Of a DNA stretch of 64,000 nt, positions 17,724-28,993 are shown piece by piece (positions within the stretch are counted from its first letter, which is position 1; the number at the start of each line of letters is the position of its first letter). The DNA is taken from assembly GCA_964610095.1 (NCBI GenBank), contig CAZSUT010000001.1, positions 626 to 64,625 of the forward strand, in the 5' to 3' direction. A model generated the notes under the pieces. The model saw only the letters and a program-made list of their open reading frames with translations. It did no database searches and was not told where the DNA came from. Position numbers and translations under genes: made by a program. The stretch is from an uncultured Nitrospirales bacterium (GTDB taxonomy: Bacteria > Nitrospirota > Nitrospiria > Nitrospirales > NS-4).

Positions 17724-20296
17724 GAAACATCGAGTAAAAATAAGGAGTTATCGCAGCTAGCAGATGAACCCAACCATCTTTTGAGGTTTCGCGCTTCACT
17801 TTCCTCCTTCCGCCTGTCTCCTCTACTCCCCAAGACAACCCTCTTGAACTGACGACCTGACTGGCAGTTCGCCTGAAGTCCGAATGGGGTGCCGATGACC
17901 GAGACAGCGCCATGTCGATCGGTGCGGAGCAGCGGGATGCCAAGCCGGGCATAGGCTTCCGTCATGGTGGGAGATGGGTGCCCATAGGCGTTCGCGTGGC
18001 CGACTGAAACCACTGCCAGCTGTGGATGCACGGCCCGGAGGAACGGCTCGTACACGGATCCCTTAGCCCCATGGTGGGGCACCTTCAGCACAGCTGTCTC
18101 CAGCCGTTCAGATAGCTGGGTCAGCCTGCTCTCGGCTTCTGATTCGATATCCCCGGTGAAGAGAAAGGCGGCTGACCCGCAGACCAAGCGCAAGACGACC
18201 GATCGATTGTTCAAGCGTGCTCCCTCAGCCTGTGCTGTGCCAATTCCCTCGGATGCGTCCGGATTGAGCACGCGAGCCTGACAGCTTCCTAGCGCCAGGG
18301 CTCTGTCGGCAGCGGAGACGGCCCGGACATCCACTTGGCGTTCGGTCACGATGCGCTCGAGTCGTTGAAGGAAGGCGGCTTCGCGTGCCACGCCGTTCGT
18401 CCAGAGTTGCCCCACGTCGAACTTGCTCAGAACAAAGGCCAGGCCGCCGACGTGATCCAGCTGAGGGTGCGTGGCCACGACCACATCAAGCCGCCGAATG
18501 CCTCGATCCCAGAGCACCGGCGCGATCACAATGCGTCCCGCATCATAGGCGTCGGTTGCGCCTCCTCCATCAATGAGCATGGCGCGGCCATCCGCCGTCT
18601 CGACCAAGGCAGCATCCCCCTGCCCCACGTCGAGGAACGTGACCCGGAACGACCCCGCAGCCGGCAGATCACGCGGCGACCAGACCCAGAGCAGCAACAT
18701 CCCCCCAGCCAACACTCCGGCGAGACGACCAGTCCCACGCCGCCACCAGAGCAATGCGGCCCCGAGCAGCAGAAAGAACCCGGCCATTTGCCAGAGCGGC
18801 GGCGAAGCGACCCTGAGCTCAGCGCCAGGCACAGCAGCGAACGTCTGCACGATCCACACGAACACCTCCAGCAGGGGACGCATCACGGCGGCGCCGACCA
18901 ACTCCCCTCCTGTTCCGCTCAACAGGGTCGCCAGACACACCAGCAGCCCGACAGGCAGCACGATGAACCCGACAAACGGGACGACCAGCAGATTCGACAG
19001 CCCTCCGACCCACGCCAGCTGATTGAAATAGGTCGCCACGAGGGGAGCGGTTGCCAGAGTGACGACCAAGCTCACGAGCAGGACCTCCACCGTTCCAGCC
19101 TTCACGGTCTCCCACGTCCTGCGTTCTCGGGAAGCACCGAGAATCATCTCCTGGTCACGCTGGCGACGGATCTTCGTCAGCATGACGATGACCAGCACCG
19201 AGAGGAACGACAACTGGGATGAAATGTCGAACGGCGCCAGGGGGGCCCACCCCACAATGACCACGAGCGCCAGCGCGAGGCCGTACCCGATGCTGTGGCT
19301 TCGGCCTACCAGCACGGCAGCGAGGGCAACAAGGGTCATGATCAGTGACCGGACCGTTGCCACTTCTGCGCCACCCAAGAGGGCGTAGCCTGTGACTGGC
19401 AGGATCGTCGCGGCTGCGGCCACGCGCGTGGCCGTCGTGCGCCGGCTCAGGCGCAGCACCCACCGCGGCGGGAGCGCCAGCAACACCCGGTGTACTCCCC
19501 AGAATACCACGACCCCGATCAACCCCAAGTGCGATCCCGAGATCGAGAGGATGTGCGTAGTACCGGACGCCATGAACGCATCCCGGATGTCCTGGCTCAG
19601 GTAACCGCTTTCCCCGGTCACCAGAGCCAGGTAAATCCCCGCAATCGGATCCTCCAGTGTCCGGAGTGCCGCGTCACGAATCCGGGCGCGCCCTTGATCT
19701 ACTGCGGCCATCAACGAAGAAAACCCGTGCGCCAGAATCCTGAGCCCGGTTCCATCACGATGCAACGTGACGCTTCCGACCGCGTGGACGCCGGCACGCC
19801 GCAGATGCGCGCCGTAATCGTAGCCGGCAGGGTTCCACAGTCCCCTGGGCGGATAGAGGCGCGTCGTGAACTCGATCACATCGCCGACGACTAAGGGCGG
19901 GACCGCGCCGCGGACCGTCAGCCTGATTCGGCCATCGACCGGCACCGTCCGATTCGGCAGGGCCAGTCGCTGGACGGATACGATGGCCACAGCACGATCA
20001 GGCCCGAAACGGACCGGCTCTTCGACCACCCCGATTACATCGACCTTGTGCGAGCCGGCCGCTCGGATCCAGGCAGGCGGTTCGGCCTTCATCTGCGCCA
20101 GCGCGGCGCTCGCCAAGCCGGACAGCAAGACCCCGAACACCAGGCAGCCGAACCCGGGGGAGCATCGGCCCAATGAGGACAGCCACAGGACGCTGCCGAG
20201 GATCAGCACGACGAGGCTGGCAATGGAAAAGGGGAAGTACGCGACGCCTGAACCGAGGAAAACTCCGAGGAGCAGCGCGCACGACAGGACAGCCAA
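17720..20296 (-). CDS. comEC: DNA internalization competence protein ComEC/Rec2
   Basis: 858 aa. Polytopic competence domain plus a C-terminal metallo-beta-lactamase domain (VTFLDVGQGDAALVET, HPQLDHVGGL). Confidence 0.9.
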   Translation of the reverse strand: MAVLSCALLLGVFLGSGVAYFPFSIASLVVLILGSVLWLSSLGRCSPGFGCLVFGVLLSGLASAALAQMKAEPPAWIRAAGSHKVDVIGVVEEPVRFGPDRAVAIVSVQRLALPNRTVPVDGRIRLTVRGAVPPLVVGDVIEFTTRLYPPRGLWNPAGYDYGAHLRRAGVHAVGSVTLHRDGTGLRILAHGFSSLMAAVDQGRARIRDAALRTLEDPIAGIYLALVTGESGYLSQDIRDAFMASGTTHILSISGSHLGLIGVVVFWGVHRVLLALPPRWVLRLSRRTTATRVAAAATILPVTGYALLGGAEVATVRSLIMTLVALAAVLVGRSHSIGYGLALALVVIVGWAPLAPFDISSQLSFLSVLVIVMLTKIRRQRDQEMILGASRERRTWETVKAGTVEVLLVSLVVTLATAPLVATYFNQLAWVGGLSNLLVVPFVGFIVLPVGLLVCLATLLSGTGGELVGAAVMRPLLEVFVWIVQTFAAVPGAELRVASPPLWQMAGFFLLLGAALLWWRRGTGRLAGVLAGGMLLLWVWSPRDLPAAGSFRVTFLDVGQGDAALVETADGRAMLIDGGGATDAYDAGRIVIAPVLWDRGIRRLDVVVATHPQLDHVGGLAFVLSKFDVGQLWTNGVAREAAFLQRLERIVTERQVDVRAVSAADRALALGSCQARVLNPDASEGIGTAQAEGARLNNRSVVLRLVCGSAAFLFTGDIESEAESRLTQLSERLETAVLKVPHHGAKGSVYEPFLRAVHPQLAVVSVGHANAYGHPSPTMTEAYARLGIPLLRTDRHGAVSVIGTPFGLQANCQSGRQFKRVVLGSRGDRRKEESEARNLKRWLGSSASCDNSLFLLDVS

Positions 20297-20340
20297 GGGA
20301 CGGGCCGCGAGCGCATGCGCGGGGGGTGTCGAAGGCGGGA

Positions 20341-21699
20341 TCAGGCTTCGCCAACCTCCGTGCGGAGGACGTGGGCCAGATGCTGGGCGATCTCCTGGAC
20401 GCGGTGAGGGTCTTCCGCTTCAACCATGATACGGACCAGCGGCTCCGTGCCCGAGTACCGGACCAGGATGCGCCCGCACCCGTTCAATGAGGCATCATGC
20501 GTGCGCAAGGCCTGCTGGAAGGCCGCAATGCCGGCCAGGTCTTTCTTCTCACGGACGCGGACATTCACCAGCGTTTGCGGGTAGAGCGGGATCTGCTCGG
20601 CAAGACGGGACAGCGACTTTTCCGTGCGTCGCATCAGGGCCATCACCTGAAGCGCCGAAATGAGCCCGTCGCCCGTGGTGTTGTGGTCGAGGAAGATGAT
20701 GTGCCCCGACTGCTCGCCGCCGAAGTTGTAGTCTTCAGTCAACATGCGCTCCAGAATGTAGCGGTCCCCCACGGCCGTCCGGACCACCTTGATCCCGGCG
20801 TTGTCCATCGCCTGCTCCAAGCCCAGGTTGCTCATGACGGTCGTGACCATGGTCTTGCGAGCCAGCTGGTCGGTTTTTTTCAAGTCCAGGGCCAGCGCGC
20901 CCAGGATCTGATCGCCGTCCACGATACGTCCGTCTTCAGAGACGAAGACGGCCCGATCCGCATCCCCATCGTGGGCGACGCCAAGCGCGGCTCCCTCCGT
21001 CTTGATGGTTTCTTGGAGGACACGGGGGGACACCGACCCGCACTCGCGGTTGATGTTCATCCCGTCTGGCTTGTCGCCCAGCACGGTCACTTGCGCCCCC
21101 AGTTCCCGGTAGATATGCGGCGCAACCTTGTACGCGGCCCCGTGTGCGCAGTCCACCACCACCTTGAGCCCTTCCAGGTCAAACCCCTTAGGCAGGGACC
21201 GTTTGACGAACTCAATGTAGCGCCCTTCCGCGTCATCAATCCGGAAGGCCTTTCCGATATCGGACGCCGTCGGGCGCAGGGAATCAATGCTCCCCGAGAC
21301 GACCAGTTCCTCGATCTGTCGCTCGACCTCGTCGGGAAGCTTCAGTCCATCGCGGGAGAAGAATTTGATGCCATTATCTTCATAGGGATTGTGGGAGGCT
21401 GAGATCATGACGCCCGCGTCAGCACGCAGGCTTCTCGCTAAAAACGCAATGGCGGGTGTCGGCATAGGGCCGACCAGCAAGAAATCCACGCCCATCGAGC
21501 AGATGCCTGACGTCAGCGCGGACTCGATCATGTAACCGGAGAGCCGCGTGTCCTTTCCGATGACGATGCGATGGCGACCCGGCCTGGTCTTGAACACATG
21601 CGCCGCCGCACGTCCCAGTTTTAAGGCCGTCTCGCTGGTCATGGGTTCGACGTTGGCAACGCCTCTGATCCCATCGGTCCCGAAAAGCTGACGCATCAC
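20341..21699 (-). CDS. glmM: Phosphoglucosamine mutase
   Basis: 452 aa. FGTDGIRG and the [15 protein letters not shown] phosphoserine loop. Confidence 0.95.
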   Translation of the reverse strand: MMRQLFGTDGIRGVANVEPMTSETALKLGRAAAHVFKTRPGRHRIVIGKDTRLSGYMIESALTSGICSMGVDFLLVGPMPTPAIAFLARSLRADAGVMISASHNPYEDNGIKFFSRDGLKLPDEVERQIEELVVSGSIDSLRPTASDIGKAFRIDDAEGRYIEFVKRSLPKGFDLEGLKVVVDCAHGAAYKVAPHIYRELGAQVTVLGDKPDGMNINRECGSVSPRVLQETIKTEGAALGVAHDGDADRAVFVSEDGRIVDGDQILGALALDLKKTDQLARKTMVTTVMSNLGLEQAMDNAGIKVVRTAVGDRYILERMLTEDYNFGGEQSGHIIFLDHNTTGDGLISALQVMALMRRTEKSLSRLAEQIPLYPQTLVNVRVREKKDLAGIAAFQQALRTHDASLNGCGRILVRYSGTEPLVRIMVEAEDPHRVQEIAQHLAHVLRTEVGEA

Positions 21700-21732
21700 C
21701 GCCTCCTTCCTATGCCTACACCCGCGTGACGA

Positions 21733-22632
21733 CTACGATGCGTTCAACGAGTATCGGCCCGCCGGCACCTGTACCGCGTCTCGGAGGGCCTGGGCCACGC
21801 GGGCCGCGTCCTTCATCTGCCTAACGGAATGAACGCGGACCACATGGGCTCCTTGGAAGACTCCGACCGCCACCGCAGCAGCTGTCCCCCACTCGCGCTC
21901 CTCCACCGGACGCCCCAGAATACCACCCACAAAGGACTTGCGCGACGGCCCGATGACGATCGGGCGGTCCAGCACGCGAAGAGCAGGGAGACTGCCAAGG
22001 AGCGCGAGGTTGTGGTCGGAGGTTTTTCCAAAGCCGAACCCGGGATCGACGGCGATCCGCTCGCCCTCGATGCCGGCCGCCACAGCCGCTTCCACCCTCG
22101 ACCGGAGGAAGTCACAGACCTCTTCCACAACCGCGGTGTAGGCCGGATGGTGCTGCATCGTCGCCGGGGTTCCCTGCATGTGCATGAGGATGAGACCGGC
22201 TTGCGCCTTGGCCACCACATCGGCCATATCCGGATCATTCCGCAGTGCGCTCACGTCGTTGATGATCGCCGCTCCGGCGTCCAGCGCCCGCCGGGCCACT
22301 TCCGCCTTCGTCGTATCCACCGAGATGGGAATCCGGATCCGACCGGCCAGAGCTGCGAGCACCGGTAGGATGCGGGCCAGCTCAACGTCCAAGGGAACCG
22401 GCTGGGAGCCGGGGCGCGACGACTCGCCCCCGAGGTCCAGCAGATCGGCTCCTTCCGCCTCAATCTCCTCTGCCCGGACAACGGCTGCCCCAACGCCGAG
22501 ATAGCGCCCGCCATCGGAGAACGAGTCCGGGGTGACGTTCAGCACCCCCATGATCAACACCCGTTCCTGCAACGGGAGGGTATGCTCTCGTGTCCTCCAT
22601 TTCGTTGGCGTCGCGGAGAGGTCCATCGACAA
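21733..22632 (-). CDS. folP: Dihydropteroate synthase
   Basis: 299 aa. IMGVLNVTPDSFSDGG and DLGGESSRPG. Confidence 0.95.
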   Translation of the reverse strand: MSMDLSATPTKWRTREHTLPLQERVLIMGVLNVTPDSFSDGGRYLGVGAAVVRAEEIEAEGADLLDLGGESSRPGSQPVPLDVELARILPVLAALAGRIRIPISVDTTKAEVARRALDAGAAIINDVSALRNDPDMADVVAKAQAGLILMHMQGTPATMQHHPAYTAVVEEVCDFLRSRVEAAVAAGIEGERIAVDPGFGFGKTSDHNLALLGSLPALRVLDRPIVIGPSRKSFVGGILGRPVEEREWGTAAAVAVGVFQGAHVVRVHSVRQMKDAARVAQALRDAVQVPAGRYSLNAS

Positions 22633-22726
22633 CAGGCCTACGATTTATGAGACACCGGGAACCGGCAAAAGTTGCACGCAGGATGAGCAGTGCGAGATGG
22701 GAACGTCCCGGCGGGTGGGACAGGCG

Positions 22727-24547
<1,821 letters not shown>

Positions 24548-24612
24548 CCTAACCCCCCAAGAATCCTGTTCATCCTAACATACCATCCAGCCGGGACACA
24601 ATACGCCTGCCG

Positions 24613-25173
24613 TTACACCGGCTCTCCTTCCTCGCTCACTTTTTCCAGCACGGCTAGGTAGGGAAGGTTACGATACAGCTGCTGATAATCCAGCCCGTAC
24701 CCGACCACGAACTTGTTGGGGATATGGAACCCCACATAGTCCACCACCACGTCGACTTGGCGGCGAGCCGGCTTGTTCAGCAGCGCGCAGACCTTGATCG
24801 ACTTCGGTTTCTTGGCACCAAGTTTTTTCCGAAGGTGCTGGATCGTGCGGCCGGAGTCCACGATATCCTCGACTAGCAACACGTCCCGGCCGGCGATATC
24901 CTCCGTCAATTCGGTCAACACCTTGATCTTCCCCGACGACTTCGAGCGTCTCGTGTAGCTGGAGACCACCACGAAATCCACCCGGAGGGGAAGGCGGATC
25001 GCCCGAGCCAGGTCCGCGTAGAAGGCAAAAGCGCCCTTCAGAACACCGACCAGGATCAGGTCCTTCTGGGCATAATCAGCCGTAATCTGTCGTCCCAGTT
25101 CCCTGATGCGCGTCCGCATCTCTTCTTGGGTGACGATGGGTTTGCCGAAGATGCCTTCCTCGCCTGATACCAT
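24613..25173 (-). CDS. hpt: Hypoxanthine phosphoribosyltransferase
   Basis: 186 aa. LLVEDIVDSGRT PRPP-binding motif. Confidence 0.9.
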   Translation of the reverse strand: MVSGEEGIFGKPIVTQEEMRTRIRELGRQITADYAQKDLILVGVLKGAFAFYADLARAIRLPLRVDFVVVSSYTRRSKSSGKIKVLTELTEDIAGRDVLLVEDIVDSGRTIQHLRKKLGAKKPKSIKVCALLNKPARRQVDVVVDYVGFHIPNKFVVGYGLDYQQLYRNLPYLAVLEKVSEEGEPV

Positions 25174-25180
25174 TATTCCT

Positions 25181-26632
25181 TTATTCCTTCACCAGTTTCA
25201 GCGTCACGCCACGGGTGGTCGCCGTCCCGGCCAGGAACCGCTCATCCCCCCGATACCCGACTACCCAGACGATACCCGCCGGCACCATCACCAGCGGAAC
25301 TTCGGCGCGTCTCCTTTGCGGAACTTTCTGATCCACAAAGAAGTCTTGTAACTTCTTGCGATGCCCCTTCATGCCAGATGGGCAGAACCAGTCGCCCGGC
25401 CGCCAGTTCCGCACTGTCAGCGGACCACCCAGCCGGGCCACGTCCACGACCAACACAGAACGACCATCGGCTCGGCTTTTGACAGGACCGCAGCCCTCGA
25501 GCGCGAGGAGGCGCGGGCCCTCTTCACCGAGTTGGACCGCTCCGGGAATCAACAGCGGCACTCCAGTTGCCCAGTTCGCACCAGAACTGGCCTGTCCGTC
25601 CACACCGCTCCGTCCCACCGTGACGAGGGCTCCGTCACGTTCGACGACGATCCCGCCGGGCAGATCCAGTTTTCCACTGTAGCCTGCTCCCACGACGCGC
25701 GCGAGGATGTCACTCACATGGCGAAAGGTCAGGCCTGCTGCTGACCCGTGGACCACGCTCAGCGCCCGCCGGATCAGCCGCCGCCGGAGCCCGAGCGGTT
25801 CCCGCGCCAGCCGCTCGCCCTGCAAGACCACACGACCAGGGGCGATGTCCTTCACCACCGCCTTCCACCGCTCCCGCTCGAGATCATCCAGGAGAGCGGC
25901 TTCCGCCGCAAGGATCTCGGCCGCGCGGGCCAGACCCTGCACAATCCGGGGATTGAACGTGCGCAAGAGAGGCACAATCTCATGCCGGATCCGATTGCGG
26001 CGATAGATCCGCATCGCATTCGAGGCGTCCGTGCGATAGACAATCCCGCGCGAGGCCAGATAGTCCAGGACCTGTTCCCGGGTCACGTCCAGAAGCGGCC
26101 GAATGATGCCATCGCCACGTTGCACTGGAATGCCGGCCAAGCCACTCGTTCCCGAACCACGCAACAGCCAGAGCAAGACGGTTTCAGCCTGATCATCGGC
26201 CGTGTGGCCGGTCGCCACGGCGGTCAGGCCGCATTCCCGCCGCATGCGTGAAAAAAACGCGTAGCGCGCATCCCGAGCCTGGCTCTGCACTGTCTGGCCC
26301 GGTCGCGGCACCAGGTGCACCCGCTCAACATGCACGGGCAGGTTCAACGTTTTCCCCAGATCTCGAACGTACGCCTCATCCTTCTCCGATTCTGCGCCCC
26401 GCAGACCGTAATTGACATGGGCGACATGCAGGTCGAGCCCAGGCAAAACACGCCGTTGCTGCAACTCGTACAGGACCATGACGAGGCAAACGGAATCGGA
26501 TCCGCCGGAGACGGCCACGAGCACGCGGTCGTCGGGACGGAGCAGCTTCTTTTGCCGAACGGTCGCCGCCACCTGTCGGAAAACAGGATGAGGAGCAGTG
26601 TCGTGCCTGAGCGCCATCCCCTCCACCTTCAT
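25181..26632 (-). CDS. tilS: tRNA(Ile)-lysidine synthase
   Basis: 483 aa. VAVSGGSDS PP-loop. 4-nt overlap with ribF. Confidence 0.9.
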   Translation of the reverse strand: MKVEGMALRHDTAPHPVFRQVAATVRQKKLLRPDDRVLVAVSGGSDSVCLVMVLYELQQRRVLPGLDLHVAHVNYGLRGAESEKDEAYVRDLGKTLNLPVHVERVHLVPRPGQTVQSQARDARYAFFSRMRRECGLTAVATGHTADDQAETVLLWLLRGSGTSGLAGIPVQRGDGIIRPLLDVTREQVLDYLASRGIVYRTDASNAMRIYRRNRIRHEIVPLLRTFNPRIVQGLARAAEILAAEAALLDDLERERWKAVVKDIAPGRVVLQGERLAREPLGLRRRLIRRALSVVHGSAAGLTFRHVSDILARVVGAGYSGKLDLPGGIVVERDGALVTVGRSGVDGQASSGANWATGVPLLIPGAVQLGEEGPRLLALEGCGPVKSRADGRSVLVVDVARLGGPLTVRNWRPGDWFCPSGMKGHRKKLQDFFVDQKVPQRRRAEVPLVMVPAGIVWVVGYRGDERFLAGTATTRGVTLKLVKE

Positions 26633-27582
26633 GACGACGGCCGGGCCGGCACGCCGGCCAGCCCTCGCAGGATGTCACGCGTGCGGGCCACATCGACTGC
26701 AATTTGCCGAGCTAGATAGTCCGCTGATTCGAACGTCTGATCGTTCCGCAGCCGCTCATGAAACAGGATCGTCACGCGATACCCGTACAGGTCACGTCCG
26801 CCGTCCAAGAGATAGGTTTCGATCATCCGCGCTCCCTTGCCGAAGGTCGGCCGCGTGCCAATGTACGTCGCCGCACCCCACGTCTGAGTGTCCAACTTGA
26901 GCTGGGTCGCGTAAACCCCGTCCGGCGGCAGCACGCGTCCCTCCGGCGGGAGCAGATTCGCCGTCGGGTACCCCAACTCCCCGCCGCGCCGGTTTCCATG
27001 GATCACGGTTCCCCGTAGCGTGTACGGTCGCCCCAGCAGGGTGGCCGCTTCTGCCATCGCTCCGGCCTGCACCAGATCGCGAATCCTGGTCGAGCTCACC
27101 GGCGCGCCCCCCAGCACCACCGGCGAAATGGCATGCACGGTAAAACCAAGTCGGGGGCCCGCTTCCATCAGGGTCTGAATAGTCCCGAGCCTCTCCTTGC
27201 CGAACCGGAAGTTCTGTCCCACAAACAACTCCCGGGTCCCCAGCCCGTTTCGCAAGACCTGAACCATGAACTCGTCGGGCGTCTGCGCCGCGAACTCACG
27301 GGTAAAAGGCAGGCGAACCACGACATCCACGCCAGCTTCTTCGAGGAGGGTCAGCTTCTCCTCAGGATTACTCAGAAACTTGAGCTCTACGACAGGCGCC
27401 AGCACCCGGAGGGGATGCGGCTCGAAGGTCAGCACGACGGCGGTGCCCTGTTGCAACCGCACCCGGTCCCTGGCCAACTTCAACACGGCCTGGTGCCCGA
27501 CATGCACGCCATCGAAATTGCCGATGGTCACGACCGGGAAACGCAGGCCTGCGCAATCCTGGAGGCGCTCCAGCACCCTCAT
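26629..27582 (-). CDS. ribF: Bifunctional riboflavin kinase / FMN adenylyltransferase (start re-called)
   Basis: MRVLERL...VVTIGNFDGVHVGHQ. ATG at 27582 overlaps the hemB stop (ATGA). The ORF-track start 27798 would run 219 nt into hemB. Confidence 0.9.
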   Translation of the reverse strand: MRVLERLQDCAGLRFPVVTIGNFDGVHVGHQAVLKLARDRVRLQQGTAVVLTFEPHPLRVLAPVVELKFLSNPEEKLTLLEEAGVDVVVRLPFTREFAAQTPDEFMVQVLRNGLGTRELFVGQNFRFGKERLGTIQTLMEAGPRLGFTVHAISPVVLGGAPVSSTRIRDLVQAGAMAEAATLLGRPYTLRGTVIHGNRRGGELGYPTANLLPPEGRVLPPDGVYATQLKLDTQTWGAATYIGTRPTFGKGARMIETYLLDGGRDLYGYRVTILFHERLRNDQTFESADYLARQIAVDVARTRDILRGLAGVPARPSS

Positions 27583-28553
27583 TCGTGCAAGGCCCGGGCG
27601 GCTTCCTTGGCAAAATAGGTCAGGATCAGATCGGCACCGGCTCGACGGATGGACAGCAAGGTCTCGAGCATGGCCCGCCGTTCCTCCAGCCATCCGAGCT
27701 GAGCCGCCGCCTTGATCATGCTGTACTCCCCGCTCACCTGATAGGCTGCAATAGGCCTGTCGAAGGCTTGGCGCGCCGCATGGACGACATCCAAACACGG
27801 CAGCGCAGGCTTAACCAACACAATGTCGGCTCCTTCCTGAATGTCCAGCTCGATCTCCCGAAGCGCCTCACGCAGGTTGGCTGGATCCATCTGATAGGAC
27901 TGGCGGTCCCCAAACTTCGGGCTGGAGTCCGCCGCCTCTCGGAACGGCGCGTACAGGCAGGAGGCAAACTTGGCGGCATACGCGAGGATCGGCACATGGG
28001 AGAAGCCCTCGCCGTCCAGCGCCTGCCGGATCGCCCCGACGCGGCCATCCATCATATCGGACGGCGCCACCATGTCAGCGCCGGCCCGAGCATGGCTGAG
28101 AGCCATCTTCTGCAGACAGGCCAGCGTCTCATCGTTCACGACCTGGCCGTCTTTCACAATGCCGCAATGGCCGTGCGTCGTATACTCATCGACGCAGACA
28201 TCGGTGATCACCATCACGTCGGGAACCCGGTCTTTCACCGCGCGGACCGCGCGCGGCACGATGCCATCCGGCGCCCACGCCTCGCTGCCGATCTCGTCCT
28301 TGCGCGCGGGGATGCCGAACAGCAGGACGGCCGGCACGCCCAAGGCGTGGACCTCTCCCGCGTCCTTTATCAGATGATCCACGGACACCCGCCACTGCCC
28401 GGGCATGGAGGCGATCGGCTGGCGGACGTCGCGACCCTCGACAACGAAGAATGGCGCGATCAGGTTGTCCACCGACAACCGCGTCTCCCGCACCATGCGA
28501 CGGAACCCGGCAGTCGCCCGCAGGCGGCGCAATCGGTCTTGTGGAAAGGGCAT
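27579..28553 (-). CDS. hemB: Porphobilinogen synthase (delta-aminolevulinate dehydratase)
   Basis: 324 aa. MVAPSDMMDGRV, YQVSGEY and other ALAD-typical motifs. Confidence 0.95.
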   Translation of the reverse strand: MPFPQDRLRRLRATAGFRRMVRETRLSVDNLIAPFFVVEGRDVRQPIASMPGQWRVSVDHLIKDAGEVHALGVPAVLLFGIPARKDEIGSEAWAPDGIVPRAVRAVKDRVPDVMVITDVCVDEYTTHGHCGIVKDGQVVNDETLACLQKMALSHARAGADMVAPSDMMDGRVGAIRQALDGEGFSHVPILAYAAKFASCLYAPFREAADSSPKFGDRQSYQMDPANLREALREIELDIQEGADIVLVKPALPCLDVVHAARQAFDRPIAAYQVSGEYSMIKAAAQLGWLEERRAMLETLLSIRRAGADLILTYFAKEAARALHE

Positions 28554-28563
28554 GGACGCGCTC

Positions 28564-28956
28564 CTATTTGCGCGGCAGATTTGTCAAGAAGACCACGAGA
28601 TCCCGGACGGAGAGCATGCCCACGAGTTTTCCGCTGCGCGAGACGCCCAAATGGCGCACGTGGGAGTGGGCCATGAGATCGTTCGCGTCCAGGAGCGTCT
28701 TGTTCTCGTCGATCATCAGCACCGGCGCCGACATGATCTGCTCGACGGTGGCCTTGGCCGGATCGAGCCCGCCGGCCACGCATCGGCGGACGATATCCGT
28801 GTCGGTCAGGATCCCGATGATCTCGCTCCCCTTGGTGATGAACAGACTCCCGATGTTGTGGTCCCGCAACTGTACTGCCGCCGCTGTGATTGTCGTGTCC
28901 CGATCCACCCTCCGGATTTTCTCCACCGGGACCATCACCGATTTAACCGGCACCAT
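28564..28956 (-). CDS. Standalone CBS-pair domain protein
   Basis: About 130 aa. Two CBS repeats (IGILTDTDIVRR; GMLSVRDLV). ATG at 28956 is preceded by a GGAGGAGGGAG SD. The ORF-track start is 29004. Confidence 0.8.
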   Translation of the reverse strand: MVPVKSVMVPVEKIRRVDRDTTITAAAVQLRDHNIGSLFITKGSEIIGILTDTDIVRRCVAGGLDPAKATVEQIMSAPVLMIDENKTLLDANDLMAHSHVRHLGVSRSGKLVGMLSVRDLVVFLTNLPRK

Positions 28957-28993
28957 GCTGCTCCCTCCTCCCCCCTGTGCTGTTAATGAAGAC

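Noticed and set aside
26629-27798. Over-long N-termini in the ORF track (ribF 27798, cobA 30742, rpsB 41488, pyrH 42915, yggX 36698, HNH 50408, Rieske 50350, DUF3105 50580, methyltransferase 10034, small ORFs 59379 and 55272)
   Set aside because: The extensions overlap upstream genes or the tRNA and encode Arg/Pro-rich junk. Internal starts reproduce canonical family N-termini, often with ATGA/TGATG coupling or a good SD.
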